From the NCBI RefSeq assembly GCF_009914755.1, contig NC_060940.1: a stretch of 64,000 nt of DNA; one strand, given 5' to 3'. The translations under genes and the position numbers were made by a program. The DNA is from the human T2T-CHM13v2.0 reference genome, Homo sapiens. The notes below the pieces were generated by a model. That model did no database searches, was not told the DNA's origin, and saw only the letters and a list, made by a program, of their open reading frames with translations. Below, in pieces: positions 28,537-44,519 of this stretch (positions are counted from its first letter, which is position 1; each line of letters opens with the position of its first letter).

Positions 28537-28676
28537 TTTATATACTTAGAATATATATACTTTATATACTTAGAATTTATATATATTCTATATATTTATT
28601 TATACATATATTCTATATATAATATATATAGAATATATATACTTAGAATTTATATACTTAGAATAAATAATATATT
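28537..28676. repeat. AT-rich minisatellite (tatatacttagaat units)
   Basis: Four tatatacttagaat units interleaved with TA runs. Confidence 0.85.
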
Positions 28677-31600
28677 TACCCAAATAATCTATAGTAAAAT
28701 GTGAATTACTCAATTTGATATCCACATACTTAAACAGAGGAGAATTTGGGGCATAAATCTGCAATGCATAATTAATACTCTTTGCGGAAATACGACATTC
28801 TTACTTTCCTATAGCTCTGCTCCTTAGGAAAAGTATGGTGGCAGAGATGCCAGGACATGAATTGTTGTGGGCTACTTTGCATTACCTTATTATGCAGAAA
28901 CCATAAATATAGCTTATGTGATGGAATTCCAAGTGCAGAATCCTTTTTGTAAGTGCCTTTAATGGTTGCCTTCTGAAGTTATTGGTCATTATTTGTAATA
29001 TTTATCCATCCATAAAGGAAAATATACCATTTATAGAAAAAACACAGACCTCCATGTAAGAATTAAAACAACACAGATAAGAGACATTCCAGGTGGCACT
29101 ATTATAATAATTAAAACTTTCTGGTGATGCTGATTACAATACTCTTTACTATCTCAATTAAGTACACTGTGTGCCATAGTTGAGAACTGTAAAATGTTAG
29201 GGTTGGAAAACACTAGATTGTATCTAGCCAACCTCCTTATTTTAGGGATGGTCACAGAAGTATCTGTCTGGAATCCTTATAGCATAGGTGATCCCTCAAT
29301 GACATTAGGACTTGTATGACTTCAGAGTTTGAATGAAAGATTCTGTATAGAAATACAGCCACATAATGTCTCTATAGATGTGCAATTCAAATAATATAAT
29401 AACTTAATAACCAAACTTGTTCCTAGGCAAATCTTGAGCCTCTGGTCCTAGAAAAATGGAAACTTACCTAGTCTGTCTTTCTTACCAACTAGGCCACATC
29501 TGTTCTTGTTTTTGTTTTGCGTATGAACTGAATAATTTCACAAGCTTAAATTTATACTAATATCAGTATTATTATCAATGTTATCCTATGTACCTAACAC
29601 CTTTATTGGTCTTATTTAGTACATAAATTGTTCAATTTATGTAACACCTTTATTGGCCTTACGTAGTATATTTTTAACCTGAAGAGTTAATAATTGCATT
29701 AAAATTTGTGAAAACATCCTTAAAAGAAAACAGCCTTTCATGATGGAGACAGAATGACTTTATTATATCGTAGTAATAGAAAGTCCTTGAGAATGTAGTG
29801 CAATACTTTATTTTTCATGACAGTTTTAGCACCCTTACTTGCTGAGACCTTTGTAGGGGAAAGAGAATAAAGAGAAGACTAAGGTGAGGTTGACAGGGAA
29901 TGCGCCCAGTGAGCATGGGTTAGAGATAGTGGTAGAATGCTCTCCAACTGTGAATGGTCAGGATTATTGGGTTACAAATTTGCTGAAGGAAGCAGAGCCT
30001 CTCTCATTGATCAAAAAAGCAATTTGGTTTTTGCAATCTTGTGACTGTCAGAAATGGGATTTAAAAAGTGATGAGTGTGTACATTATGTGGTCCAATTCA
30101 AAGTACATTTAACAAATTTCCTTAGAATTCTCTAACTTCCAAGAACAATGCTAATTGCTGAGCAGACAAAAATAAGGAAGAGAAAAGCCAAGCTAACAAG
30201 CAATTTGTTTGGTGAAGTCACCAACGTATATGAGCATCTGAGATGTACAGATTGTAAAAAAAGAACCCAAGCTAAAAGCGATTCACATCCCGCCCCATGA
30301 AAGTCAAGGTGGGAGGAAAGCGCTAATGCCTGAATCTTAAAGGGGAGGTTGAGTTCTATGTAGATAAGCAAGATGGGAGAGAATGTCCTTGAAATTATGG
30401 GTATGACACAGCAAAATAGTCCTTCAGGTATCCAAGCAATTATTAAAGATAAAGAGAGGTTATCAAAATGCTTACAATAATCCACACGTCACAGAGGTAG
30501 ACCTCAAGTCCTTGACCTTCATTTCTGGGCGTGGGTATTCCCTTCCCACATCAGACTGCGAGATGCAGCTCTGGCTTCATTTGGGTGGGAAATGTATATT
30601 CTTGCCCTGTTTTGGACACTTAGCAAATGCTGTGAGCGCCACTCTCACAACAGGAATTTGCTTTATGTTTTAAATTATGTTCCAATTGTGGACACGTTCT
30701 ACAGTATCTCCTTCAGCAGCTGGCTCTGTCAGTCTAGGTAGCATCTAGAGGGAAATGCAGTCTCCGATCCGAATGCCTTGCTTGCCTTCATTTTTTTGTA
30801 TTACGTTCCATCCTGCCTTTGTTTATTCCTACTTAACAAAACATCATTTACTCTCTCTCTGTAACTCTTGCCTCATAGTGAGACTGTTCTTTCATACTGT
30901 TTCCCCAGCTATAGACAATCTCAGACATTCCTAAACTGTCTGGGTTTTCTTGCAGCAGATCTGTTGCAGGTGTCCTCACTCCATGTAATCTTGTCTAATT
31001 AAGCAGGAACTGGGCAGCTACCACATATGTAACTTGTCAGGGACGAAAATGCCTTCCGTGTGAAGCCACTCCATGTTAGAAAACATACGTGGGCATTTTT
31101 ATTGACTGTTGACCTCCAAATGAAGGGAAATATTTTTACTTATAAGCTAGTGTATGTGAGATTATACCCTGATTGGGGGTGGAGATGGGAAGCCTCATCC
31201 TTCCAAGGAGACATGTGCTGATTTCAAATGATATTCACGACAGATTCAGCGTCAATCAAGACCTAGGCCCTCATGGTTTGTATTGGTTTTTCTCTTATTC
31301 TATGCAGCCACTCACCCACCACTCTTGGTCCTGCCTTTAGGTGCTATTATTTCCTGAAGGGAGTACCATTTTGATCAGAAGATTTAAATTCTTTACAATA
31401 TTCCCAATCACTCTTCTCAAAACTACCACCAGAGGCTGGTTCTGCTTCCCTTTTCTAGTAGGATGTAGTGGTTACTACCCAGAAGAAATACAAAGCTCAG
31501 CCCATCAAGATTGGGGCAAGATGTATTCATGTGACAATCACGTAATGAGCTGTGAAATCATGATTTTTAATGAAACTCCGCTGTCTGCTATACAGATTAG

Positions 31601-32639
31601 AGTATGTCATCCTCATGAACAAGCAGAAACATTTCTAGATTGATTGAGCAGTCTTTTCTGAAGCAGTATCTCCATTTATTTTGCAGAGGCCTTTAACCCC
31701 TAAGAATAGTAGCTGATTGTAATTGCATAAATGGCATAATATTTGAGAGACCTGTGGAGAACTTGTGTAGAACTGAAGCCTTTTTTGAGCAGAGCCTGCC
31801 ATTGTACATTGTTCTTATTCATCATTCCTGATTTCATCAGTAAGGATATTTGTATGGAAATGGATTAAGGTTTATAGGTTTATTTTATTGTGCTGTAGAT
31901 TATGCTGTAATTATACCACTGATGGATTGTATTAAACTGCTTTGTGGGACACTTTCAAAACACATCAGACTCCGGAAGTGGTGCGGTCTACAAAATCTGC
32001 TTTTTTGTGTCCCACCTGGGGTTTTTGAGAGTCTGCCTCACTTAGCGCCCCCACGCCTTCCAACGCATATTATTTTTCTCTTCATTTTTAGGCTTGAAGA
32101 GAATTAACTTGGCTGAGGTAAATTTACTTAAAAGACCCTCCAATCCCATGTATATATATATGTTGATAAAAAGCAAGCAAAATTGAACAAAAAGCATAAA
32201 GAGAATGAATAACAAGTGTATTTACTGTTAGTGTATGATTTGTTTTTATTCTAACCTCTGACATTGTTGAATAAGAAAGTTATTGTGAATGTTTGGATTA
32301 CAGAGGTGTGAAAATTTTCGTGTGGATTCTGGTTAATATCTTGCTAAGGTGGTCTGTGGTTTCCAAGGAACTGACACAGGACAATCTGAAAAATAATCTT
32401 TCGTCAAGGAGCCATTTGACTAAACTATTTATGCCTCATCTATGCAGGCTTATCAGACTACAACTTTGGGATTTGAAACCTCAGAGTTCCCTCACGGCTC
32501 TTACTTCCTCAGTTTAGAAAAGTGGCATAAAGGTTTTGTCAGGCCACATAATTTTTAAGTCTAAAACCAATTTCTAGACCTTGGCCTGTAGCAGGCCCAT
32601 CTCCACCATCTCTCTGCCCACCCTGATCATAATCTCAAC

Positions 32640-33050
32640 TGTGCTCTTATTTGCTTATTATTCTCCAGAAACACTGGTCTTCTTGTCATTGCTATGACAT
32701 ACTCAGTTCATTTGTTCCATAGCAATTTACCTTTCCTGAAATACCTATTTGGAATATTATTTCTCAACGTCTTTATCCATCTTGCTTCCCTTTGTGGGAA
32801 TGCTACCCACGTGTGCAAATGTTACTGCCCTATAGATGCCCTTATAACCACCATATCTATAATCATGCCCCTCCTGCCCCTTTTGTATAATTGCCTGGTT
32901 TTTACCTCATAGAATTTACCTCTATGTATAAAAGTTCCAGGAAGATGGAGACTTTTGCGTCATTCACTGGTGTTCATTAATTCCTAATGCAATGTTTTAT
33001 AGGCACTCAATAAGTATTTGATGAATTAATGACCAAATGAGTGAATGAAG
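32640..33050 (+). mobile_element. L2 3' portion
   Basis: Ends taggcactcaataagtatttgatgaattaatga...gtgaatgaa. Confidence 0.6.
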
Positions 33051-33699
33051 AATAAAATTAAGGCTGGAATTCAAATTTTTAAAACCTGAATAACAGTAAA
33101 TAAAAAGGAAAGTCTAGGCAGATCTGAGAAAACAAAAGGATAAATATTAAATATGGTAGACCCTTGACTTCTCTTCTATGAATAGGTATCCCCGGAAGAT
33201 ATTCAGTACTTCCTAGAAAAACAAACAAGTCATCAAACTGGCATATGGGAATGAGGGGGCGGGGGGAGCAAAGAAGAAGTGGAATCAATTAGAAGCTGCA
33301 GACTGTCCCTTTAGCAAATGACTGAATGCTAAATTTAATTGGATGTGCTCCACTAGAGAAAATAGTCTACTCGTTAAAACATCAATACCTGAAGTTCCAA
33401 GCAATCTGGCATCTTTTTTGAATTACAATATGTGCAAAAGAAAGACTCCTACAATATTTTATCCCAATGGTAGTTTTTACCCATAATTTATACTGGTTGT
33501 GCAATCTGTGTAGATAAGAATTTTGTGATATTGATCATCTGGTTTTGAATCAATGTTACAAGCATATTCATATTTGTGAAACTGATAGATTGTTATATCT
33601 TACTCCCCTGAGCTTTAAATCAATCGCGAACAAATGTTTTCATAGCCTTTGTATTTTGAGTTGGAACTCAAAGTAAAAGATGGGATTTGTGCAAAGGAA

Positions 33700-33875
33700 A
33701 GAACATATGAAGTTCAAAACCCTGGGTTCTTGTGCTTGGTTTAAACTTTAGTAGCATCTAAACTTTTGGCTATTCTTTCAAACTCAATTTTCCTGTTTAC
33801 ACATTAGAGATTGTTCACAAGTCTTTTGTGAAGACCAATGAGACAACATTTATGAATGAATTTTATAAACTAAAA
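33700..33875 (+). mobile_element. MIR fragment
   Basis: cctgggttct...ctcaattttcctgttt...ttttgtgaagaccaatgagacaac. Confidence 0.5.
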
Positions 33876-34039
33876 AGTAAGGAATGTTCTAACAAATATT
33901 AAATAAGTGCAGAAGTAACCATAGTAATTTGATTTAAAAGATTTACATATCAGTTTGGAAGTAATATGTAAACGTTGTTCTACGGTCATCAAAATTCTAC
34001 AATACATTCCTAACTATTGCTCCCAACGTATTGATCTTG

Positions 34040-34400
34040 TCACATTGGTCTTGTTCCCCCTCAACACGTCAGGCTCATTCTCACCTTGAAGCTTCTCATT
34101 TGCTGTTCCTTCTTACTAAAAATATCTTTCTCCAGATGCCTTTGTTCGTTGCCAGATATAGGATGTACTTCAGATAATTTGCTCTCAGAAAGCCATTCTT
34201 TGGCGAACCTACATGAAGAACCAGCCCACCCTTATATACACCTTCACAAATAGATGATTGCTGGCAAATTTCACATTTCCAACTTGTATTGATTTAAAAG
34301 TCCTTTGCACTATCTGAAATCATCTTACTTATGTGCATACTGATTACTGTTTACTGTCACATGCCACTCCTTACAAAAGAATGTAAATTTCATGAGAGCT
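34040..34400 (+). mobile_element. L2 fragment
   Basis: catttgctgttccttct...ctctcagaaagcc...gaatgtaaatttcatgagagc. Confidence 0.55.
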
Positions 34401-35528
34401 CTTATTGACTTCTAGATTAATAGTCTGAGATTCATGTTGCAGAAAAAAGAAAGAAAGACAGAAAAGAAGGAAAAAAGAAGAATGATGAAAAGAAGGAAAG
34501 AAGGAAGGAAAAATATTAAATTGGAAAAAGTTTGTGAAAAGTTTATGACGTTATTTGGTATGTAATTAAGGCTGAACAAATGATAGTTGTAACAATTATG
34601 ACTGTTTTTGTTCTTGATGTGAGCATTGTGTAGGTTTGTTCCTCAAAAGATAGGAACATAAATCTTAAGATCTGGCTTGAGCATCATTGTTTCTACTAAA
34701 TTCCTAGGAACAGTTAATGTCATGTTTAGCATTTAGCTGTTACCCAGTAACCAATGGAATAATCAGCAATGTCATGAACAACACCATCAGGACCACATGT
34801 GGGAGCTTATAGCCTGAAATATAAGGAAGAAAATTAAGTTTTAGAACACAGAATTTGTGAATATAAGGGTATAAAGTTTGACTTTGAAAATTTCAAAATG
34901 CATTTGTTTCCTTTAAGCATTTCATGGTTTGTGTATTAAAAATATATGTTAAGATTATTGTGGTGTTTTGGTCTAGAGAAAGATCTATTCGTATTTAATT
35001 ATAAGTTAGATTATTTCAGTTTTTGCATCCTTGAAGCAAATTCACATTTCTTTGCTTTTGAGCCATATATGAACTCAAATTCCCTAGTTGTCACTACATG
35101 TATTTAAAGAAGAAATTTCAAAAGTAGTCTTACTAGACATAAATTTTTCACCACTTACTGTGAAAAAGGCATGATAGAATTTATGGCAAAAAATTTCAAA
35201 AAGTAATTTGGAGAGAGATGATAAGATGATTGAATAGATAATTAGAATCCAGTAAGAGTCTGATTTTAAAATAATACTTATGATGAGTTATTAAAAGATA
35301 ATCCTACCAATGTTAATATTTATTATTTTTATTTTTCTGTGTGTCATTTTGAAAAATTTAGAATATTGATCAGGGAGATATGTGATAGCAGTCACTCTCC
35401 TTTTTCTTAGGCAATTCTCTCTTTTACAGGCATACGTGGCAGGTAGAACACGGGATAAAAATTTAAAAATAAAATAAACATTTTCTACACTGATTTATTC
35501 AAAACCTCACTATGTCTCAACAGGTTAG

Positions 35529-35886
<358 letters not shown>

Positions 35887-37379
35887 TCAAGACGTATTTT
35901 AATAGGTCATTTCTAGAGAAGTAGCAATTTACAAATGAAATACTTATTGTAAGTATTAAAGGTTCAATTTGAAGGAAAACTATTCGTAGGAGAATCATCT
36001 TGAATCATTATCTTGTAGTGCTAAGTGTACTGTGTTATATATATTTTTGAGCTAAGTAATAACTCAATTAATATTTGAAACCCCTAAAAACTTTTTCCAG
36101 TGACTGTACCAAGGAGTGGTTCACACAGGCAAGACTTCTAAGGAAGTAAAAAGAAAATATTATTTCATGATCTGTTCTTAAGCTTCAGTTGCTTTGTATT
36201 CTACTGATTTGGTGTTTATAATTTAGCTTCTCTTTTGCCAATTACCTTCATAATTATTTTTACCTTAATAGGCCCCCTTCTTTAGTCAGCCTCTCCATTT
36301 CAAAGACTACAGACTTCTAGGAACTCATTCTTGAATAAATCCTGCAGGAGATCCTTAAGTTACTCTTTCATTGGTTAATTTTCATTAAGAATCCTTTAAG
36401 GAGTTGATTGAAACAATCAGGTGTATTACCCCATATGACCTCATCAGTTGGGTGGGATTCAGTATTTGAATAATTACATTTGACTTATAGGTAGAACTTC
36501 AGGTTATGATTTTGAGATATTAGTGTTCTTTTTGTTCTTTATAGCCCCTGTTCAAGAGTTAAAAAGATTAAGACATAACACAGGCAAAATCAAAAGTTTT
36601 CTAAATTTCCATTAGAAATAAGTAAGGACATTGAATTACATAAAGCTAGCCTAAGTACTCATTGGAAACCAAATCTAAGCTAAAACATTCTTTTGAGCTC
36701 CAAAGAGCTTAGAGTACAGCAGGTTTCAGCTTTTCTATATTTCCCGATTTGCATTTTTTGAAGCCATTAAATGTGTTTGTTCTTAGAACCCCTGTACAGA
36801 AACGATGTCAATACTATAATATTGCCTGCTATTTTTTGCACATAGCTAATAAAAGATTTGGGTAATGTATTTAAGTATAAATACTTGAGCTGTGTAAATT
36901 TATCTGATGAAACAACAATAAAGCCCCTAGCAGGCATCAGTGATACACATTTATGCTACTGAAATATATTTGAATCAAGGATTTATTTGTGCATGTACAT
37001 GAACTCATTTGTATATGGATATATTTGCTCATAATTAAAAATGTTAAGCATCTTAACCAATATTAAGATGAATTCAAAATAGTCGCTGCAAACAATGTAA
37101 GACAGGAGCAATCCATATTAAGGCAGAATTTAACACAGGGTTATCAGAGTGAGGAAGAGGGTCATTTTGGACAATTTAGAAGGATACGCCACCTGGGTAA
37201 AATTTTGAGTTAATATGTTAATTGAAGATAATAAGGAAGAACAAATAACCAGGTTGAGGGAGTGGCATAAACAAAGGCACAAGTTATGTAATGAATCCTC
37301 ACCTGAAAATGCGAGAAATGGAAGATGTGGGAACAATTCCTCCTACCTAATATCATGGGGGTTGGAACACTTTAACACC

Positions 37380-40208
<2,829 letters not shown>

Positions 40209-40220
40209 TAATATATTTCA

Positions 40221-40412
40221 ATATCTGACTTTGGGGACTCTGGGAAAGGGTGGGAGGAGAATGAGGGATAAAAGACTACCTATTGGGTATAGTATACACT
40301 GCTTGGGTGGTGGATACACTACAATATCAGAAATCACCACTAAATAACTTATTTATGTAACCAAAAACCACTTGTACCCCAAAAACTATTGAAATAAAAA
40401 TAAAAACTAAAA
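40221..40412 (+). mobile_element. Short L1PB-type 3' end
   Basis: gactttggggactctgggaaagggtgggag...gaaatcaccactaaa...aaaaactattgaaataaaaa; 18-bp TSD aaattctaatatatttca/aaattctaatacatttca. Confidence 0.9.
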
Positions 40413-40675
40413 AAATTCTAATACATTTCAGTAGAGAGATGGTTAGGATAACCTCATTTATTATGCTGCAGTTATCATTGGTGGCTTACTCTTCCCTTTC
40501 TGATCATCATTTCTTTAATTATTTTTGCATATCATCAAATTTTATGAATTTTCCTCTTCCCTGAACTTCATAGGTTCTTTACAAAAACGAAACAAAAACA
40601 AACTAATGAGATGTGTTGAATAACTCTGATTTTTTTTCTTTTCATTTTGTCCTAATTTTATCTCATTATTTCACT

Positions 40676-40989
<314 letters not shown>

Positions 40990-41564
40990 TCCCTTCCTCT
41001 TTTAACAGTTGAACGGCATAGAAGTTTAACAATTGCCATTTTCCACTATATTATCTATTCTCCATGAGATGGGTTATATTTGTGTGGTTCACATTTTTTT
41101 ACTCAGCAACAATTTATAATTTGTGACATCTATATTTGTTTTGAAATACAAAAATTGGTATATGCTTATTGTGGAAAACCAGAGCAATACATAGGAAATA
41201 ATCCATAATATCTTAACACAACTGCTGTTAATATTTTGTACTATCTCTTTTCACCTTACTTTAGTAGGCCATTTATTACAGCACTGTTAATCATAAGGTG
41301 ATATTATTTTCTCTTTTTATTTAACATAAGTAAATGCTCATGCAGTAATGTTGTATCCCCTGGTTTGTTGCTGACATTTAATAATTAGTGTATAATATCC
41401 ATTATCTGGTAGGGTCAAGTTAAAAGCTAATGCTTTGAAGATAGTTTATCTGGATTTGACTTCTAAATCATCACTTATGTACTGTATAATTGTGGGAAGA
41501 TTTTTCAAACTGTTTGGAAGTCATTTCCTTTATATATTAAATAAGGATATTAACAGTGGTATTA

Positions 41565-41872
41565 GGCTGGGTGTGGTGGTTCATGCATGTGAATCCCAGC
41601 ACTTTGGGAGGCTGAGGTGGCAGTGTCACTTGAACTTGAGAGTTCGAGACGAGCTTGGGAAACATAGTGAGATTAAGTCTCTACAAAAACTGAAAATAAA
41701 ATATAGCCAGGTGTGGTGGTGTGTGCTTGCAATCCCAGCTACTTGGGAGGCTGAGGTGGGAGGATCAATTGAGCTCGGGAGGTTGAGGCTGTGTCGAGTC
41801 AAGATCCTGCCAGTGTACTCCAGCCTGAGTGATAGAGTGAGACTCTGTCTCAAAATAATAATAATAAAATAA
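41565..41872 (+). mobile_element. AluJ
   Basis: Diverged dimer, ggaggatcaattgagctcgggaggttgaggct; (AAT)n tail. Confidence 0.92.
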
Positions 41873-43360
41873 AGACTGTGATAACTGTCTTAACAGCAGT
41901 TACCAAAAAAAGCCTTTAAATCAGTGGCATTAGATAATACATGTAAAACACAGGGATGTATCTGTAACATACCTGGCACTCTGATATTTGCCACTTTTAA
42001 TATTAAAAATTTTGAATAGGAGGAGCATGATAATGCTCAGAGTTATTGGATTTGGGATGTTATATGCATTATTGTTTCCCAAATGTTTAAGTAGAAAACT
42101 TACAGCAAAAATAAGTTGCAGTTCTTTCCTTTCTGGAATCGTATGACTCATCAGATTAAGAAGTTAGACTGTGGGCATTTACAGCGGAATTAGGTTGCTT
42201 GTGTGGGGAGAGTAGGGGAGTGTTTTCTTAGTGCGACATCATTTTATGTCTCACAGTTTTCCAACATTGTTTCAGCTGATCATCAGGAATTTTCTTTTCT
42301 TCCTATAATGCTGTACATGAGACCTATAAGGATACTTAATAACTACATCATCACTCATTCATGGCTCTGCTCTTAACTAATTGAATTCTTTTTCTGCATA
42401 CATAGTGCATCTGAAACTATCTCAGTGTATGCCACGTGGACAGATTAGATTACTTCTGAAAACGTTTTTTTCACAAAGAGTAAGAATCAACTTTGTGGTA
42501 TAATCAATGCTGATTTTTTTGTTTGCTGAAGGAACAGCACAAGTTGGGCAAGGAAGCACCTCTCACTTGTATAGAGCACTAGACAATCACAGCCAGAAAG
42601 CATCTTAGAAACCATCTTATTTTTCTGCTGATGAAAGGGAGCTTCTGAGATTGTTTTCCGTATCACACCAGGTGATTGTACCTGGCTAGTCACCTCTATC
42701 ATTGAAAAGAGCTGGTTACCTTTTATCTTGACAATTTTAGTTTAGTTATTTCATATGTCTTATTGGGTTGTCTCATCAGTGATTCAAAAGGCTCCTATAA
42801 TCTCCCCGGATCTTCAATCCTGAATCATAATAACTTTCCCACAGCACTGGCCCCTTTGAAGAATTGTTTAAGTTTTTCTAAATTCTTCCTAGATTTTCTA
42901 CTACATTTACAGATACTCATTATTTTGATTTCCATTATTCATGAAGGCATACAAACAGTTGGAAAATCTCAAAATGTGAGCCCAATGATTTTTTTTTTCA
43001 ATTCTTGAGCATATTTGGATTAAATCCACCTTGAAATGCCTTTTGGACATAAATTTCCACTAGTTGTCCTGCGAAAGCTTTTTTGCTTTGTTCACACACA
43101 GGCCACAGATGTGAAATTTGGCTGTACCATTTAGAAAGATTTTGGCAACTTGTAACAGGAATTCACTACTCAAATTGAGTAAACAAAAGGGAAATATGTT
43201 ACCTCACAAATCAAGAAGTCCGACTGAAGCATGGCATATTAGGTAGGTAAAGATAAAGCTGTTAGAAAAATAATATTCAAAAATATAGTAGTTAAATGTA
43301 TAATATTCAAAAATATAGTAGTTCAATGGGCCTTTGAGGGCAGGTAAGTGGCTCTGCTCT

Positions 43361-43661
43361 GCCCGGGTGTGGTGGCTCACGCCTGTAATCCCAGCACTTT
43401 GAGAGGCCAAGGTGGGTGGATCATGAGGTAAGGAGTTTGAGACCAGTCTGGCCAACATGGTGAAACCCCGTCTCTACGAAAAATACAAAAATTAGCCGGG
43501 TGTGGTGGCACGTGCCTGTAGTCCCAGCTACTCAGGAGGTTGAGGCGGGAGAATCACTTGAACCCAGGAGGCGGAGGTTGCAGTGAGCCAAGACTGCACC
43601 ATTGCATGCCAGCCTGGTTGGACAGAGTGAGACTCTGTCTCAAAAAAAAAAAAAAAAAAAA
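43361..43661 (+). mobile_element. AluS (Sg-like)
   Basis: Full dimer; TSD ggctctgctct on both sides. Confidence 0.95.
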
Positions 43662-43778
43662 GGCTCTGCTCTATGAGGTCATTCCCCCAAAAATTCCTTC
43701 TGTTACTCCAAGATCCTATGATGTTATCATCATTCCTTTGCTCATTTCTGGCTTACTAGCTATATATAGAGAGAGAAC

Positions 43779-44519
43779 TATATATATATATACACGTGTG
43801 TGTATATATATATACACATATATACATATATACATATATGTGTGTATATATGTATACATATATACACGCATACATATATACGTGTCTATATGCATACATA
43901 TGTACGTGTCTATATGCATACATATGTACGTGTCTATATGCATACATATGTACGTGTATATGCATACATATGTACGTGTGTATATGCATACATATGTACG
44001 TGTGTATATGCATACATATGTACGTGTGTATGTGCATACATATGTACGTGTGTATGTGCATACATATGTACGTGTGTATGTGCATGCATATGTACGTGTG
44101 TATGTGCATGCATATGTACGTGTGTATGTGCATGCATATGTACGTGTGTATGTGCATGCATACATATATGTGTGTATGTGCATGCATACATATGTGTGTA
44201 TGTGTATGCATACATATGTGTGTATGTGTATGTATACATATGTGTGTATGTGTATGTATACATATGTGTGTATGTGTATGTATGCATATGTGTGTATGTG
44301 TATGTATGCATATGTGTGTATGTGTATGTATGCATATGTGTGTATGTGTATGTATGCATATGTGTGTATGTGTATGTATACATATATGTGTGTATGTATA
44401 CATATATGTGTGTATGTATACATATATGTGTGTATGTATGTATACGTGTGTGTATATATATGTATACATATGTGTGTGTATATATGTATACATATATATA
44501 TATGTACATATATATATGT
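43779..44519. repeat. Alternating purine-pyrimidine minisatellite, 24-bp period, with (TA)n-rich ends
   Basis: About 21 units between 43881 and ~44386 of type cgtgtgtatgtgcatacatatgta, giving 8-aa periodic ORFs in all six frames. Confidence 0.97.

Noticed and set aside
41873-41933. Possible 3' transduction after the AluJ (TSD-like cagtggcatta ~50 bp past the tail)
   Set aside because: The match is short and imperfect and the element is old; it cannot be told from chance or tail decay
43881-44386. CRISPR-like array
   Set aside because: Contiguous tandem units with no unique spacers, in primate DNA with no cas genes
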